Notes: generated by a model from the sequence alone, not told the origin. A stretch of DNA of 63,203 nucleotides, filler included, from Reticulomyxa filosa (GCA_000512085.1; 25 parts of 25 records of this genome joined end to end with filler, not necessarily neighbours in it), one strand, 5' to 3'. Shown: positions 1 to 12,960, counted from the whole stretch's first letter. Made by a program: numbers and translations.

Positions 1-405
1 TTTGCGGAAATGTGTTCGTAAATATATTGAACACTTTGAAATATGACACCTGGAGATTGTTTATCTCAGTACATGGTGTAGCTGTTGAGTTTTGAAAGAT
101 GTACACATAATTTTTCATTTTTAAAATATAAGTCTGAAGACAATACGTGTTTTTATTATCAATTATTGTTTTTCTATTATCAGTTCGTTGTGTATTACAT
201 ACGTTTTTTCCTGAGCCTGTTTGTCCGTAAACAAAAACACGTCCGTTGTATCCTTGTAAAATCTTTTCAATAATAGATTTTGGTCCACTTTCGAAAACTT
301 CTGATTGTTCATTTTTATTGGTTAACACACAATCAAAAGTAAATTGTTTGGTTTGTTGCTGAATTTTTAGATCTCCTTTTCCAAAATATATTCAACAATT
401 AATTT
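1..405 (-). pseudogene. Kinesin motor-domain pseudogene, copy A (P-loop region)
   Basis: Minus strand reads KQFTFDCVL...QSEVFESGPKSIIEKILQGYNGRVFVYGQTGSGKT, an intron, then SYTMY*DKQSPGVIFQSVQYIYEHISA. It has in-frame stops and is truncated at the window start. Confidence 0.9.
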
Positions 406-618
406 TTTTGATAATGTCATCTTTAAAAGTAATTGATGCTTCAAGAAATCAAAACACTGAAGGGCATCGTGAAGAGGCTGCGCCTTCACTCTCATTTGGT
501 ACACAAGAAAGCAGCGTGAGAGTGATCGTACGAGTAAGGCCACTGGTAACTCGTGAATTGGGACTTAAGTCCCAAGTTTGCATCGAGTTTAAAGACAAAG
601 ATTCTGTTGTTGCTCATG
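406..618 (+). pseudogene. N-terminal segment of the same kinesin, inverted relative to the rest of the gene
   Basis: MSSLKV...ESSVRVIVRVRPL...CIEFKDKDSVVAH is the kinesin beta-1 motif. The paralogue at ~30541-30680 has it on the minus strand between the same flanks. Confidence 0.88.
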
Positions 619-1470
619 TTTAGTGTTTGTGGCTGAACTTTTTACATTCACTTTTGTTGAATTAAACATGTTAACATGTGATTCTTGTATTATTTTTGCT
701 GTCTTAAATATGCAACTTTTTTATGACATGTGAGGTATTACGAGCAACTTGGCACTATTTTTTTGTTTATGCTAATAAAAAAAGAAGCAATTAAACGAAG
801 GTACAAAGTTGTTGATTTTTTAAATTAAATGGAGAATTATGATATGTCAATCTGTGCAAATGTTTTGTGTAACACCAAAAAAAATTTATTTTAAAAAAAC
901 TATTCGAAGAATGCAGTATCTTATTTCTGTCGTGATTGATCTCGCAGAACTTCTTTTAGGCTTTATATATATCTCAGTGTTAATTTATTACACGTATTAT
1001 TATTGGGAGTTGAAGTAAATGTTATACAGTTCTAAAAGCAGACAGTCTTTTAAGCATGAACGCTCTAGTGGATCCTTTCTCTTGCAAAAGCTTTTTTTAA
1101 TGTTATTGAAAACACAAACTAATTGGACGAGAGTTTCTTTTTTTCATAATATCACGCTTCAACGCTTATTATTATGTTTACTTTTTTTTTTAGAGGATCA
1201 CAAGTACTTTCGTTCACAATTGAAATAAAAATATTAAAATATTTTGATATATAAATATCAATCACTAAAAGAGTTATATTAAATTGAAAAAAATAACTAA
1301 TGTTTGAACCAATGAATAAATAAAATCTGAGCTACTTGGGCACTGGTTTGAAAAAAAGAAGGGAAAACAAAAAAAAATTTAAATGAATTTTAAAAAAACT
1401 TTTAAAATGTACCACATTCGATGTCACTGTGCAGTGTGCGCTGACATGTTTTCCAATTCTTTTTCTTCTC
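619..1470 (+). repeat. Non-coding duplicated block upstream of the kinesin, paralogous to ~30685-31515
   Basis: Collinear shared strings in both places, e.g. aacatgttaacatgtgattcttgtattatttttgctgtcttaaatatgc, gaggtattacgagcaacttggcact, tgaacgctctagtgg. Confidence 0.92.
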
Positions 1471-1519
1471 ACTTCCTGCAACATTCCTCACAAACTTATA
1501 GTGATCTACTACAGGCTTC

Positions 1520-1885
1520 ATGTCGGAAACATATATTGTACAAGTGCCAAAAAGGTATAAAAAAAAGCCAAAGGGAGGGGATTGTAATCATAACAACAAA
1601 TGTGTGTACGTTTACTTTTGTCTTTTGAATAATATCCTGGTGAAATTGGTCAGAAATGCCCCGATTATGATAAAAGTTTTGTTTTTTTTTGGATTAAAAA
1701 ATAAAGAAATAACAAAAAAAAATAATAATAAAAAAGTGTACAAGGGTTATATGGAAGAATATGAACTAATGAAACAAAAGCACCCATATTTTGGTGCATT
1801 GGAAGCTCCAGTATGGAAACAAAGACATGGTGGAAAAAGTGTGTACATAAATCGCTTGATTGTGCAGGATATGACGATGGTGATG
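1520..1885 (+). CDS. Hypothetical protein, 5' fragment with probable intron (MSETYIVQVPK...GYMEEYELMKQKHPYFGALEAPVWKQRHGG)
   Basis: ATG and two coding-like segments separated by an A/T-run-rich GT..AG stretch; no family recognised. Confidence 0.3.
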
Positions 1886-1985
1886 NNNNNNNNNNNNNNN
1901 NNNNNNNNNNNNNNNNNNNNNNNNNNNNNTTAATTAATTAANNNNNNNNNNNNNNNNNNNNNNNNNNNNNNNNNNNNNNNNNNNN
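1886..1985. other. Artificial contig-joining spacer (N-run + TTAATTAATTAA all-frame stop linker + N-run); first of 24
   Basis: Same cassette starts near 1886, 4593, 5962, 10817, 12006, 14147, 15247, 17987, 19863, 21853, 25305, 28162, 29407, 31516, 35683, 38857, 41711, 49792, 51259, 52560, 57510, 58988, 60564 and 61772. Confidence 0.98.
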
Positions 1986-4944
1986 CAATAAAAAAGGAGA
2001 ATTGTTTTATTATAAAAGGGATGTTTTGTACTGTGGCAATGGACAATGTCAACAACGTTATTTATTGTCAAAGTGTTGGTGGGTTCAAAAAAAAAGACTT
2101 ACAAACTTTGTGCACATATGCATACGTACGTAGAAAAAAAATTTCTCTTTATTTATAAAAGATATGAAGGTATGTAAGCGTACTCACCCAATTCCTGCGG
2201 TTGGGTTATACGCTGTAACGGTGATAAGTACAATTTATCTTATAACTGGATATAGATGTGGATCAAAAAGATGGATCAAATTTGAAGTTAAGACTTGACG
2301 TACACACAAATAGACAAACACAAGCAAGTTTATATATCCCTTTTTTTTAACGAACCACTTTTATCCTTGTCACTCCATTGGTTCTTTTCCAACACAAAAA
2401 CAATGTGCATGAAGATGATACGTCAAAACGAAGTTAAGTAGTTGCAACAACGAGGAGGGTAATGTTGATCAATGCGTTTTGAGACGACAACAATGCGCAT
2501 TTGTATATGTATATCTGAACACGATCTTGTTTGGATATCGAAATAAACAGATATTGGCATCAATTGCAGGAGCTAGCATCGCAATGATTCCTGCAGGTAA
2601 GAAAGGATTTACCTTGGAAAATTCGAACAAAGCTTAGCAAGAGTAAGAGTAAGTGTTAACTTTTGTAATGAGTAAAAAAACAAAAACAAATGAACAAATA
2701 AAATAAAATAAATGTAAATAAATAGTTTGAAGACTTCAAAGCCAAAGACAATTTGATTATTTTGTTTGTGTATACATATCAACATATATGTATAAGTGCT
2801 TTTTCGCAAATCGTACAATATTCATTTGATTGAGTAGACGACTTTGATTGCCTGCTCGATGCGACAATCATCGAGACAGACAACATGGAGACTGAACTTA
2901 TCAAGATTGAAAATGACTTGAAACAGAAGATGATAATGAACATCAAAAAAAGAAAACTTGGACGGCAAAAAGAATATGTCAAATTTGCGTTCTTGGTCTT
3001 GCAAGAGTTGTATAAAAAGACACTAGGAAATTGCAAAGTCATATGAAGACTTGATCACACCTTTCTACGGCGAAGAGATAAAAACACAAATTCAAAATTT
3101 TTTCCCGGCATCTTATGCAAATTCATAAATGTTTTTGTGGAAAGTATTAACAAAATTAAGTGAATGAAAGTCAAATCAGAAAAGAAGAAAAGAATGCAAA
3201 TCAGAAGACAAAAAGAAAAAAACAGTACGAGAAAGACATAGCAAACGGCAAATAAAGAAAAAAAGCTATAGATTTGTGACAATGGAACATAGTTTACAAA
3301 TGGATCGACGTGATGTTGACATTTTTGATTTGAATTTATCATATCACATTCTTAACTTTATTTTTTTTGGAAAAAAAACGCATTACATGTATCTTGTCAG
3401 TAGCGTATCGAAACAATTTTATTTAGTGAAATTGTTATCATTATATTAATCTTGTAAATGATATCAAAAGCAATGCTATGCTCTTTCACTTCTGCAAATC
3501 AATATGCAGACTTCAAAAGTTAGCTACAAAATAATTGTTTAACAAACAAAATTTAACGTTAAAAACATCTAATAATTAATAAGTTGCAAACTACACGAAA
3601 AAGCAGATGGATTATTCTCTCAATTTGTTCCAAAAATCAACTTATCTTTTATATCTTCTAAGTTAGTATAAAGGCAATATTTTACTCCTTAGCTTAAGTA
3701 AGAGCATGAAAGATTAAAAAAAATAGAACTACCACTTTTTTTAAAAATGCTATCAATATTCCAAATAAAATCATTTATATGACAACTTTATAATCTTTTT
3801 TTAACATTATTTTTGCATACAATTCTGTTAGAATTAGTTGACTTAAAAAAAACAAAAAATTTGTTGGAATATTCATGAAATAACTTTCTTTGTCATTTGC
3901 GTGAACAAGTGTCCAAATTTCGTAATAAACATCCAAACTTTGTTGCAAATAATTCTGTCAAAACAAAAAAGTTGAAAAAAAATTTTAAAAAGTGTCGTTC
4001 ATGTACATATTTTTGAACATAGACAATTCATATATAAAAGACAATTTTTGACAATTTAAACAAGTGCGAGCTTTAACTTTCAATGGAATAATAGAAAAAA
4101 TTTATGTTATGAAAGAGGGTAAGTTAAATAAGATTTTATTAATAGCAAACACAAATCCTTACATATTGGCACGAGTAAATGGACGACGTCTTGTATATAA
4201 CCTCGCATCGACAAGTGAATACAAAAATAATGGAACAAAATGTCTTACATTTTTGCAATTGAAAAAAAAAATTGCGACTATGGCTCAGCTTGTGTTATGG
4301 TTCATACAAAGACAAAATTTGCATTTGAGAACAAGATACACAAATTTAAAAAAAACTCACATATCAAACGTAAAACCAAATAAATTCTACATTTCACAAT
4401 GGTATTGACAAACTAACTTTTCATTTCTTTCAAAAAATAACAATAAAATAAATTTACTTCTAAAAACCATCATTGACAAAAATTAACACTAGAAAACAGC
4501 AAACAATATTCATTAAACAATAGTTTCCAAAAATAATTGCATTGGTAAAATGTAATTACACCACGATTTAAAAAAAAAAGACAAAAAAAAANNNNNNNNN
4601 NNNNNNNNNNNNNNNNNNNNNNNNNNNNNNNNNNNTTAATTAATTAANNNNNNNNNNNNNNNNNNNNNNNNNNNNNNNNNNNNNNNNNNNNAGTGAATAA
4701 ATGATATTAAATGAAAAAGATGATGTAAATTAGAAGATGAAGTAAAAAAAGAACATGAAACAAAGAGAATAATATCACGTTGGTGAATAAAACAAAATAA
4801 TTATCTCAAAACATGTCAAAAAAAAAAAAGATAAATAATTAAGATATAAAACAAAAAAAAAATAAATAAGCCAAAAAATATAAAAACACTAAAACAAGGA
4901 AAATATCGATAAAAAAATAATTAAAGAAAATGCTTAAAAAAGAA

Positions 4945-5045
4945 CTGTAAACTTTTTTTCGAAAAACTGAAATCAAATAATATTTAAAAACTACACGATT
5001 CGTAGATAATCAATCATCTTCATAAAGTGCAATTTTATGTTTATT
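4945..5045 (-). mobile_element. Degenerate internal fragment of the TA|CAGT long-TIR repeat family
   Basis: tatttaaaaactacacgattcgtagata and aatcatcttcataaagtgcaattttatg match the copies at 14330-14450 and 19385-19518. Confidence 0.6.
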
Positions 5046-6061
5046 TAATTTTTTAAAAAATTTGAAGCAATACAAAATTTTGGTGTAAATCCAGAATCGA
5101 TTAATGTAGAGTTGATGAAAAAATGGACGAATTTAGAATATTGTAGAAACATAAAAATTGCTATTAAAGATTTGCAGAAATTACCAGCAGTTTTGAGGGT
5201 ACTATGAGGATTTGTAGCAAACGATTGAAAAAAAAACAAAAAATATAGAATTTAGGATAGCAGCACAATATATTCTAGAGTAATGAGTAAAGAAAGTACT
5301 GTTGCAGCAAACTGCAGTATATTAGGATGTACGTGATATATACAGACATTTTTTGAGCGTCTGATACCAATACTAATGGATCTGATCCAGTAAATACCTT
5401 CCTTATTGCCGACTACAAAGTTTAGGAAAGCTATAATCTTTTGGACAAAGCAATAATGTTTTGTAAAATAAAAAAAACCAGGATCAGTTAATAAAATATT
5501 ATATGCATACTTTTTTGAGTAAGCTTTACAATTAAACACTTTAAAAAATAATGATAGATAAAGCATTAATTTGCAAAATGATACTAAGCGCCAACATATT
5601 ATTCAATGGTCAAAAATACAATATTCAACATAATATCTAAACAAAAATGCGATGTCTTGCCAAAATAAGTATTAAATCGATCTCAACGCGATAAAAATAA
5701 ATAAAAAAATAAAAAATAAAAAAAGATCATAAAAACAAAAAAAATATTCAAAACATTAATCAAAACTTCAAAATACAAAAAAAAATCACTATTCACATGT
5801 TTAAAATTTCCACGATGGTAAAATATACATTTTAAAATAGAATGTCTCAATAATCTCATAAAAAAATTTGCATGACAAAAGTGCAAATTTAGTACTACAG
5901 TAGGTTGCAAAGAAAAATGAACGCCTAAAACAATATCTTATGATGATAATTGATTTTCTCANNNNNNNNNNNNNNNNNNNNNNNNNNNNNNNNNNNNNNN
6001 NNNNNTTAATTAATTAANNNNNNNNNNNNNNNNNNNNNNNNNNNNNNNNNNNNNNNNNNNN

Positions 6062-6981
6062 TATTTATATCATTTGTTTTATTAGCAACAACAAAATAAA
6101 CACATAAAAATACATTGGTTGTAGATTAAGCACTGATCGATAGCATTCCCACAAATGTAATAATTGAATATGATCATATTGATAATACCAATTATCATTT
6201 TCTTTTTTGAATCCAATATTTTGTAAATCTACCTCAATACCTATGAATACTTGATCAAAATCTGCACATAATGTATGACATTTTTTGGATAAATAGTTGT
6301 ATAAAGCTTGTTTGTGAATTTGACGATATTTGATATGTTTAGGATATTTCAAAATATTCCACAAAATATGCAAACACATTTCTCTTCCTATTTTTAATTC
6401 ATTTTCTTCTTGAGATCTATTATTTTACAAATTTTATTTATTTTATCTATTATCTTTGCTGTATATTTTATATTTAACTCATTCAAGTTAGAAGTAGCAC
6501 AAATTTTTTCTAATTCATCATATGTATCTATAAAAATCTGATTGTAGTTTGTCCATGTTTGTAATATCGTTGTTTTTTCAAGTCTATAACCAAAATTATC
6601 GAATAATCGCATCAAATAGCGTTGTTGTTGTAAATTTGTACTGTATTAAAAAATGTGAAGCAATACAATGTTATTGTGTATTAAAAAAAGAAAATAATTT
6701 AAAATATATTGTTACGTGTTTTCTGTTAGCCAAGTTAAGATTGCCTTTGTCTCTTCAACATTTTCATTACATTTCTTCCATGCATATAAAACGATCTCTT
6801 GGTCTATCTTGGGAAACGTTTGTTGAAGTTGTTCAAGCATGATGATGAAGATAAACCCTTTTTTTGGTTTTTTGATTTTGAACTTCTACAAATAAAAAAT
6901 TATATTTTTCTCTAAACGAAAATGGCGCGTGTATGTCAATAGTAATCTGTATAACATGAAGATATTGTTGTTTACATCCAT
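6062..6981 (-). CDS. CUE-like + CUE-like + PUB-like domain protein, intron-containing, 3' truncated (possibly pseudogene)
   Basis: MLEQLQQTFPKIDQEIVLYAWKKCNENVEETKAIL has the CUE FP motif; LMRLFDNFGYRLEKTTILQTW is a second helical unit; ILWNILKYPKHIKYRQI...LQNIGFKK is the PUB signature. Confidence 0.65.
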
Positions 6982-7153
6982 AAAATTCTGTAGAATGTAT
7001 TTATTGTTAGAAATTTGAACAGTAATTTAAAACACTTTTTAAATAACATACAAAAAAAACTCCAAAAAAAGTTTTTACAAGTTTTTTTTTGTGTTCTTGG
7101 GAATAGTAATCGCATGTACTATTCATAGATTTACTTGTTTCGATAGGATAATA

Positions 7154-7380
7154 CAGTAGAATGCAAAGTAAAGTTGACACCTAAAACGGCACCTTATAGA
7201 GATGATTGATTTTCTACATGAAAAAATAACATTCAGACCTAATTTTTTTTATTTTAAAAAAATATCTACAAATCGTGTACTTTTTAAATATCATTTTTAA
7301 TTTAATTTTTTATTAAATCTTTACTAGTTGTTTTAAAAATTTGAATATTTTATTGAAATTTTCGAGAAAAAGTTGATAAC
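7154..7380 (+). mobile_element. Left end / long TIR of a Tc1/mariner-type non-autonomous element
   Basis: TA (7152-53) then CAGTAGAATGCAAAGTAAAGTTGACACCTAAAACGGCACCTTATAGAGATG; homologous to four other loci in the window. Confidence 0.65.
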
Positions 7381-7680
7381 ATATTTGACCAAAAAACAAA
7401 CAATTCAAGAAAGTTCGAGAAATTTCGAATGATTTAATTTTCAATTATAAACTTTATAAAACTTCAAATAATAATGATAGTAATCATTAGCAAATATGGA
7501 AGATTGAAATAGTTTAATAAAACTTGTATTAGCTGAATAAAATGCGTATCTCACTCAATTGTGATGATGAAATGTAAAAAAAAAAAGATAAAATATCAAA
7601 TTGAATTTTTATTCAAAATAAAAGGTGCTTTTTTTACAATTGGTTGTGGTCAAGCTTTTTTGTATGTTTGCGAAAAAAGT

Positions 7681-8096
7681 TCAATTGATCTTCTTTGAAA
7701 AACCCCACTTTGGAGTGTTTTTTTTATAGATTTGGTACTGATCACCAAACTGCTTCTCCAAATATGCCTCTTCAGGTAAGATTCGTGATTTGTTTAGATA
7801 CATAGCTAATGCGTATGTCCCTATTGTCAACATTGGATATGAGATAATGCGAGACTGGATAAAAGAAAATAGTCCAATATGTAACATCACGGTGCTCAAG
7901 TAGATAGGGTTTCGACTGTACTTATAAACACCAGTTGTTATCAATTGTTCAGGAGGACTGTTGCGGTCGACGCCTTGTTTATTGAACTCATGATACGCTG
8001 CGAAATGTACCACCTGAGCAGGAAAAAAAAAAGACCTGCAGAGAGGAGACGAGGAAGAGAGGGACTTTGAAAAAGTGAGGATGATCTATTGAACAT
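7681..8096 (-). CDS. ICMT/PEMT-family integral membrane methyltransferase
   Basis: LITTGVYKYSRNPIYLS...RILPEEAYLEKQFGDQYQIYKKNTPKW. The ATG at 8096 joins the ORF only if the T10 run at ~8023-8032 were T11. Confidence 0.85.
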
Positions 8097-8375
8097 TTAT
8101 TTATTCTTGTTGCAGTCCCTTTTTTTAACTGAGCAGTTTTGTAATACCCAATTTTATGCAATTATAAAGTTTAAAGCAAATTCACATAGACTACGTTTTA
8201 CGATTTAAACAAAAAAAAAATGTGTTTGAAAGACATGGCCTAGCTGAATAGAATAAATTTCAAAGGAAAAATTTTCAAATATCCTTAGATAGATAACAAA
8301 GTGAGTAGTTTTATGAACTTTTTTGTTTGAGAATAACAGGGGACCGATAATTTGATTAATTGATAACATTCATCA

Positions 8376-9543
8376 ATGTCTCAACCACCAAAAAAAGTTT
8401 TATTGAAAATTATCATCTTAGGAAATTCTGGGCAAGTTTTTCATCATCCATATTTTGTTTCTTTTTTGGAGGGGTGCTGCTAGAGTGGATGTTGTGTGTG
8501 TTTTCTCCTTCCCGGACGAAACAAAAAAGTGTTGGGAAAACGGCTTTACTGCACAAATATGTGAACAACGCCTTTATCCAAGACCACAAAGCGACCATTG
8601 GAGCCGACTTTTTAACGAAAGAGATTTCAGTAGACGACAAATCAGTGACATTGCAAGTAATCGAGCAAAGACAGAGATGGGGAGGGGGGGAGAGAGAAGA
8701 GGAAAGAGAGAGAAGCAAACAAACACAAAAAAAAAAAAAGCAAAGGCATAGAAAGTCATCAGAGAAAGAGACCAAAAAAAAACAGTGTACGTTTTTTTTT
8801 TTTTTCCAACTTTACAAAAAAAAAAAAAAAAAAAAGATGTGGGACACAGCCGGACAAGAAAGATTCCAAAGTTTGGGTGCGTCATTTTACAGGGGGGCAG
8901 GTAAGATGTATCAAAAAAAAAAAAAAAAAAGTTTGATAACTACATACATATGCATATGTATATATGTTTGTATATGTTTATGTTTGGATAAATAACAACA
9001 TGCGCTATTGAAATGGAAACAATAGACGCGTGCGTATTAGTGTATGATATAACAGATGAAAACTCATTCAAACAGATAGAAAAGTGGCACAGAAATTTCT
9101 TGGAACAGGTGAATCCGGAAGACACAAAAAATTTCCCATTTTTGTTATGTGGCAACAAAAGTGATTTGCATAGTGCCCGTGTGGTGTCCACTCAAGACGG
9201 GGAAAAGCTGGCCACTCAGTATAAAATGCTCTTTTATGAAACAAGTGCTTTGAACGGTAACAACGTCGAGACCGCCATTCGAAGCGTCGTTTCTATTGCC
9301 AGTGACTATGAAACTGTACCGTTTTAGTAATTTTTTTTTTTAAAAAAAAAAAGGGGGGGGGGGGGGGGATGCGGGTAAATATCAATTTTAAAAAAAAAAC
9401 TATATTTTTATTTTGGGGGGGGGGTCGTTGTTCATAGATTGCCCTCATTTGGATTGACTGAAGAAGATTTTACAAACAAACATGGAGGTCTTGATTTGGA
9501 AGAAAGTAATTCCAAAAAAGCTTCTGGCGCATGCTTTTGTTGA
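8376..9543 (+). CDS. RAB7: Rab7-like small GTPase; join(8376..8431,8530..8656,8837..8900,9026..9320,9438..9543)
   Basis: [63 protein letters not shown], ETSA and a C-terminal CFC prenylation motif. The exon 4 donor is the least certain boundary. Confidence 0.93.
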
Positions 9544-10059
9544 AATTTTTTTATCTTTTTTTTTTTTTGTGGATTGCTCAAATGACCAAAGCTACGTATT
9601 GTTTATTGCATACTCTTAACTTATGAAATACGTGAAAAACAGTAAACACAACAGTATATCCCTTTTTCATGCATTTTTTGGTTTCCTTTTCGCTCTTGAA
9701 AAAGCAACTGAGGCTTCATCTTTTGTTTTGTCTTGTTTTTGATTTGATTTGCTCTTTTTTTTTTTTTGAAATTCCGTTTGGACCAAATTGTCAATTTGAA
9801 TCACCCCTTTTTGAGTTACCTATTGTACCTTTCGAAGATCAGTCCATTCGCGACTGCTTATATAATAACGCAGCAAAATATTTTTTTTTTTTTGTGAGGA
9901 AAAAAACCGCAACTAACTTTCTTCAGTTGACTGAATCAATTTGCAACACTGGTGATATATTAACATTTTTATTAACTTTTTTTTAACATTAGGAAAAAGT
10001 TATTCTACTTCTAATCTCTTCGTGAAAAAGAATAAGTACAAACAACATAAAAACAAAGT

Positions 10060-10816
10060 GTAATTTTTTATTTACAGCGATTTGAATGTTGGAGCCAGTT
10101 CACATCATCCACAAATTCTGATTATTCCCTCGTGTGAACCTGACACAATTGTATTACCATCTGATGAAACACTAATCCCTGTCAAACGACCCCCGGCCGT
10201 CCAACTTTTGTATTTTGTTGCCCGATTTCACATTCCACAAACGGGTGGTGTGATCTTTCGAACAAGATACAATTGTTTGACAATCTGAAAAATATTTCAC
10301 ATCGTTGATTACATCAGTATGTCCTTCAAATTGTTTCAATTGCTTTCCTGAATTTACATTCCACATCCAAATTGTTTTATTACATGAGCAAGAAATAATA
10401 GCACGACCATCGGAAAAAAAATTGCACTTTGTTCACAACACCAGAATGTCCAGTTAGCTTTTTTATCATTTATCCAATTCCTGCATCCCAAATTTCAATT
10501 CTGCTATAAATACACACATCAATGATAAACACGCTTTTGGGAAACACTTTTACATAATTTATTTCATCAAAATTTGCCTCCAGCTTTTCAAGCAATTGTC
10601 CAGGTTCTATATTCTATAATCTGACGGTTTCGTCAAATAATGATGATATATAATGATCCGATCCTCTAGTACAAGTTGTGAACTCATTACATTATCTTTG
10701 TATCTTTCAAACGCATTTAATTGTGTTCCTGATTGCATATCCCATAATCGAACTGTTTTGTCAAAGAACATGATGTAGGGCAAGTCCCTATTATACAATC
10801 TCAAATACTAATGGAA
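10060..10816 (-). pseudogene. WD40-repeat pseudogene
   Basis: FEGHTDVINDVKYFSDCQTIVSCSKDHTTRLWNVKSG and DKTVRLWDMQSG, with frameshifts and stops. Confidence 0.88.
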
Positions 10817-10916
10817 NNNNNNNNNNNNNNNNNNNNNNNNNNNNNNNNNNNNNNNNNNNNTTAATTAATTAANNNNNNNNNNNNNNNNNNNNNNNNNNNN
10901 NNNNNNNNNNNNNNNN

Positions 10917-11525
10917 CACACAACTGACATTTAACTCGGGATAGTCCAAAAAATGCTGCATTGATTTGACACTTAATTTGTAAAACTGTGGACAATTGAA
11001 TAAATTTGTAGGGGAAAGATTTTTGCAAATAACTTGCAAACATAAAGGGATCATTATTTCCAACTTGTTCAACACGCATTCATCGAGCAATGTCAGTGAG
11101 GTGTTTATATCCGCCGACAAAACAAATTTGTCACAACATTGACCTAGATACGAAATTTGATACTTATCACATATCATTCGCACTTTTACCACATTCTCAA
11201 AGGAAATTCTGGGATCGTTGCAATATGCATAACTTACTACACATTTGAACGCTTTTGTATCTACATCAGGGAGTGGAATCACTGCATTTTTTTCCGATTC
11301 TTGCATTGATCCATACAATAAAGCGAAAAATACTGGACTTATTACAGCTATTAATGCTCTATTCACATTCACTTTTGTTTCCTCACTACCAGTAATAAAA
11401 ACCACGTCACTTAATTTAGGTTCAGTTATTAATCTCTGTACATTTTTTCGTTGTTCAGATTGTATATCCATTGTATAGTCCATTGGCATCATCAGGTAAG
11501 AATCGACCAAAGAGGTTTGTTTCAT
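10917..11525 (-). CDS. BTB/POZ-BACK domain protein, 3' truncated
   Basis: LSDVVFITG...VNRALIAVISPVFFALLYGSMQES...LPDVDTKAFKCVVSYAY...CDKYQISYLGQCC, followed by BACK-like helices. Confidence 0.9.
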
Positions 11526-12179
11526 TTTTCCTGCTATAATGGTTTTCCTTTTTATTTTACCAGTTTGAAAACAAAATGAGTCCACAAAACACCACTTCTC
11601 ATCAAGTGTAGCACATATTAGTAATGGGTTCTGAAATTAAAAGCAAATGCTTAACAAAAAAATATTTATTCTTTCATCGTAAAAACAAAGAAGAAGTCCA
11701 TATACAGAACTGTTTACTTCGATATGCAGTTTTAAAAGTTTTGATCGTTTTTGAAAATTGTGTTCGCTCCAACAACTGAAGAGACTTGATCGCACCACAA
11801 TTCAATAGCATAGTTACCGATTATTTTGTTTATTGTTTGAAGAAAATTGGAAAGAAAAACAAAAAATCTTAAAAATGCCGAAAATTTTAATTTACGTGTA
11901 TGAAAAAGCTGAAGTTTATTGTTTCGTATTATTTTTGGATTTTTCAAGAAAAAATGTGTTAGAGAGTTTTTGATTCATCTTAAAATTAAAGTAAAAAAAC
12001 AACTTNNNNNNNNNNNNNNNNNNNNNNNNNNNNNNNNNNNNNNNNNNNNTTAATTAATTAANNNNNNNNNNNNNNNNNNNNNNNNNNNNNNNNNNNNNNN
12101 NNNNNTGTGAAAATTATCAACGATATCAAAAGCATAAATACATTCAAAAGAAATTAGAATTCCAAAAGTAAAACAAGAC

Positions 12180-12620
12180 AATGTCCCTTTTTGGAACTAT
12201 CAATGCATGTGTATAAAGTTTCGAATCACAAAAATTCCACATTTGAAAAATAGATAGATCAAACTACAATACAATTTTGTAGTTGTTTGATAATGACATA
12301 GTAATTTTTGCACGTGGAAGTACCAAACTAGAGCCTATAATTAGTGTGAATGTTTGGTGATACAAAACTAATCACTTCCAAACTTGAATTCATAATAAAA
12401 GGGATTACAACGGCAATTGTAAGTGAAATTGAATTAATTCGCCGATTATTGGATTATATCACAAATAATTATAAAAACAAAAATATAATAGTTTTTGACT
12501 GCAAATTTGAAAAATTTTGCTATATAATTTAGAATTACACTGACGTGTGGGACTTGTGGATACTGGTAGAAATATTTAGATTGGAAATGTTTACGAGAAA
12601 TTCAGAAAGGTGTATTATCA
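12180..12620 (+). pseudogene. Heavily decayed CMGC (GSK3-like) kinase remnant
   Basis: Remnants NR*IKLQ (~HRDIKPQ), LEFIIKGITTAI (~PELIFGATxYTTAI) and DVWDLWILVEIF (~DVWSxGCILxE) occur in the expected order. Confidence 0.45.
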
Positions 12621-12960
12621 TTTATGCCTCCAGATAAAGTTTGGATTTACTTAAAAATTTTGACAAAGTTTTTCTTTAACAACATTACTTTTAACATGTG
12701 GCAAACCTTTTGCAACCTTATTGTGGTGTGTGACAACTTGTAATTCTATTTGCGTTTTTTTGTTTTGTGCAATGGCTTCTTGGCACATGCATTTGACTTG
12801 CTCTTATTGCATATCGGGATAGTATATGCACAAACTAGTGAATTGTGAATGATGAACCAAGTAATAATCAGATACAATCATGCTCACTCAATGCAAGATT
12901 AAAAAAACAAACGTAAAACAGCGGACGAAAAGGGGAAGTGGGAAAAAAACATTTAAAAAA

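Noticed and set aside
2590-2615. Apparent 22-nt GT-AG mini-intron on the minus strand
   Set aside because: No coherent minus-strand protein results. The same bases read better as a plus-strand CAG|GTAAG donor in a degraded, unidentifiable gene.
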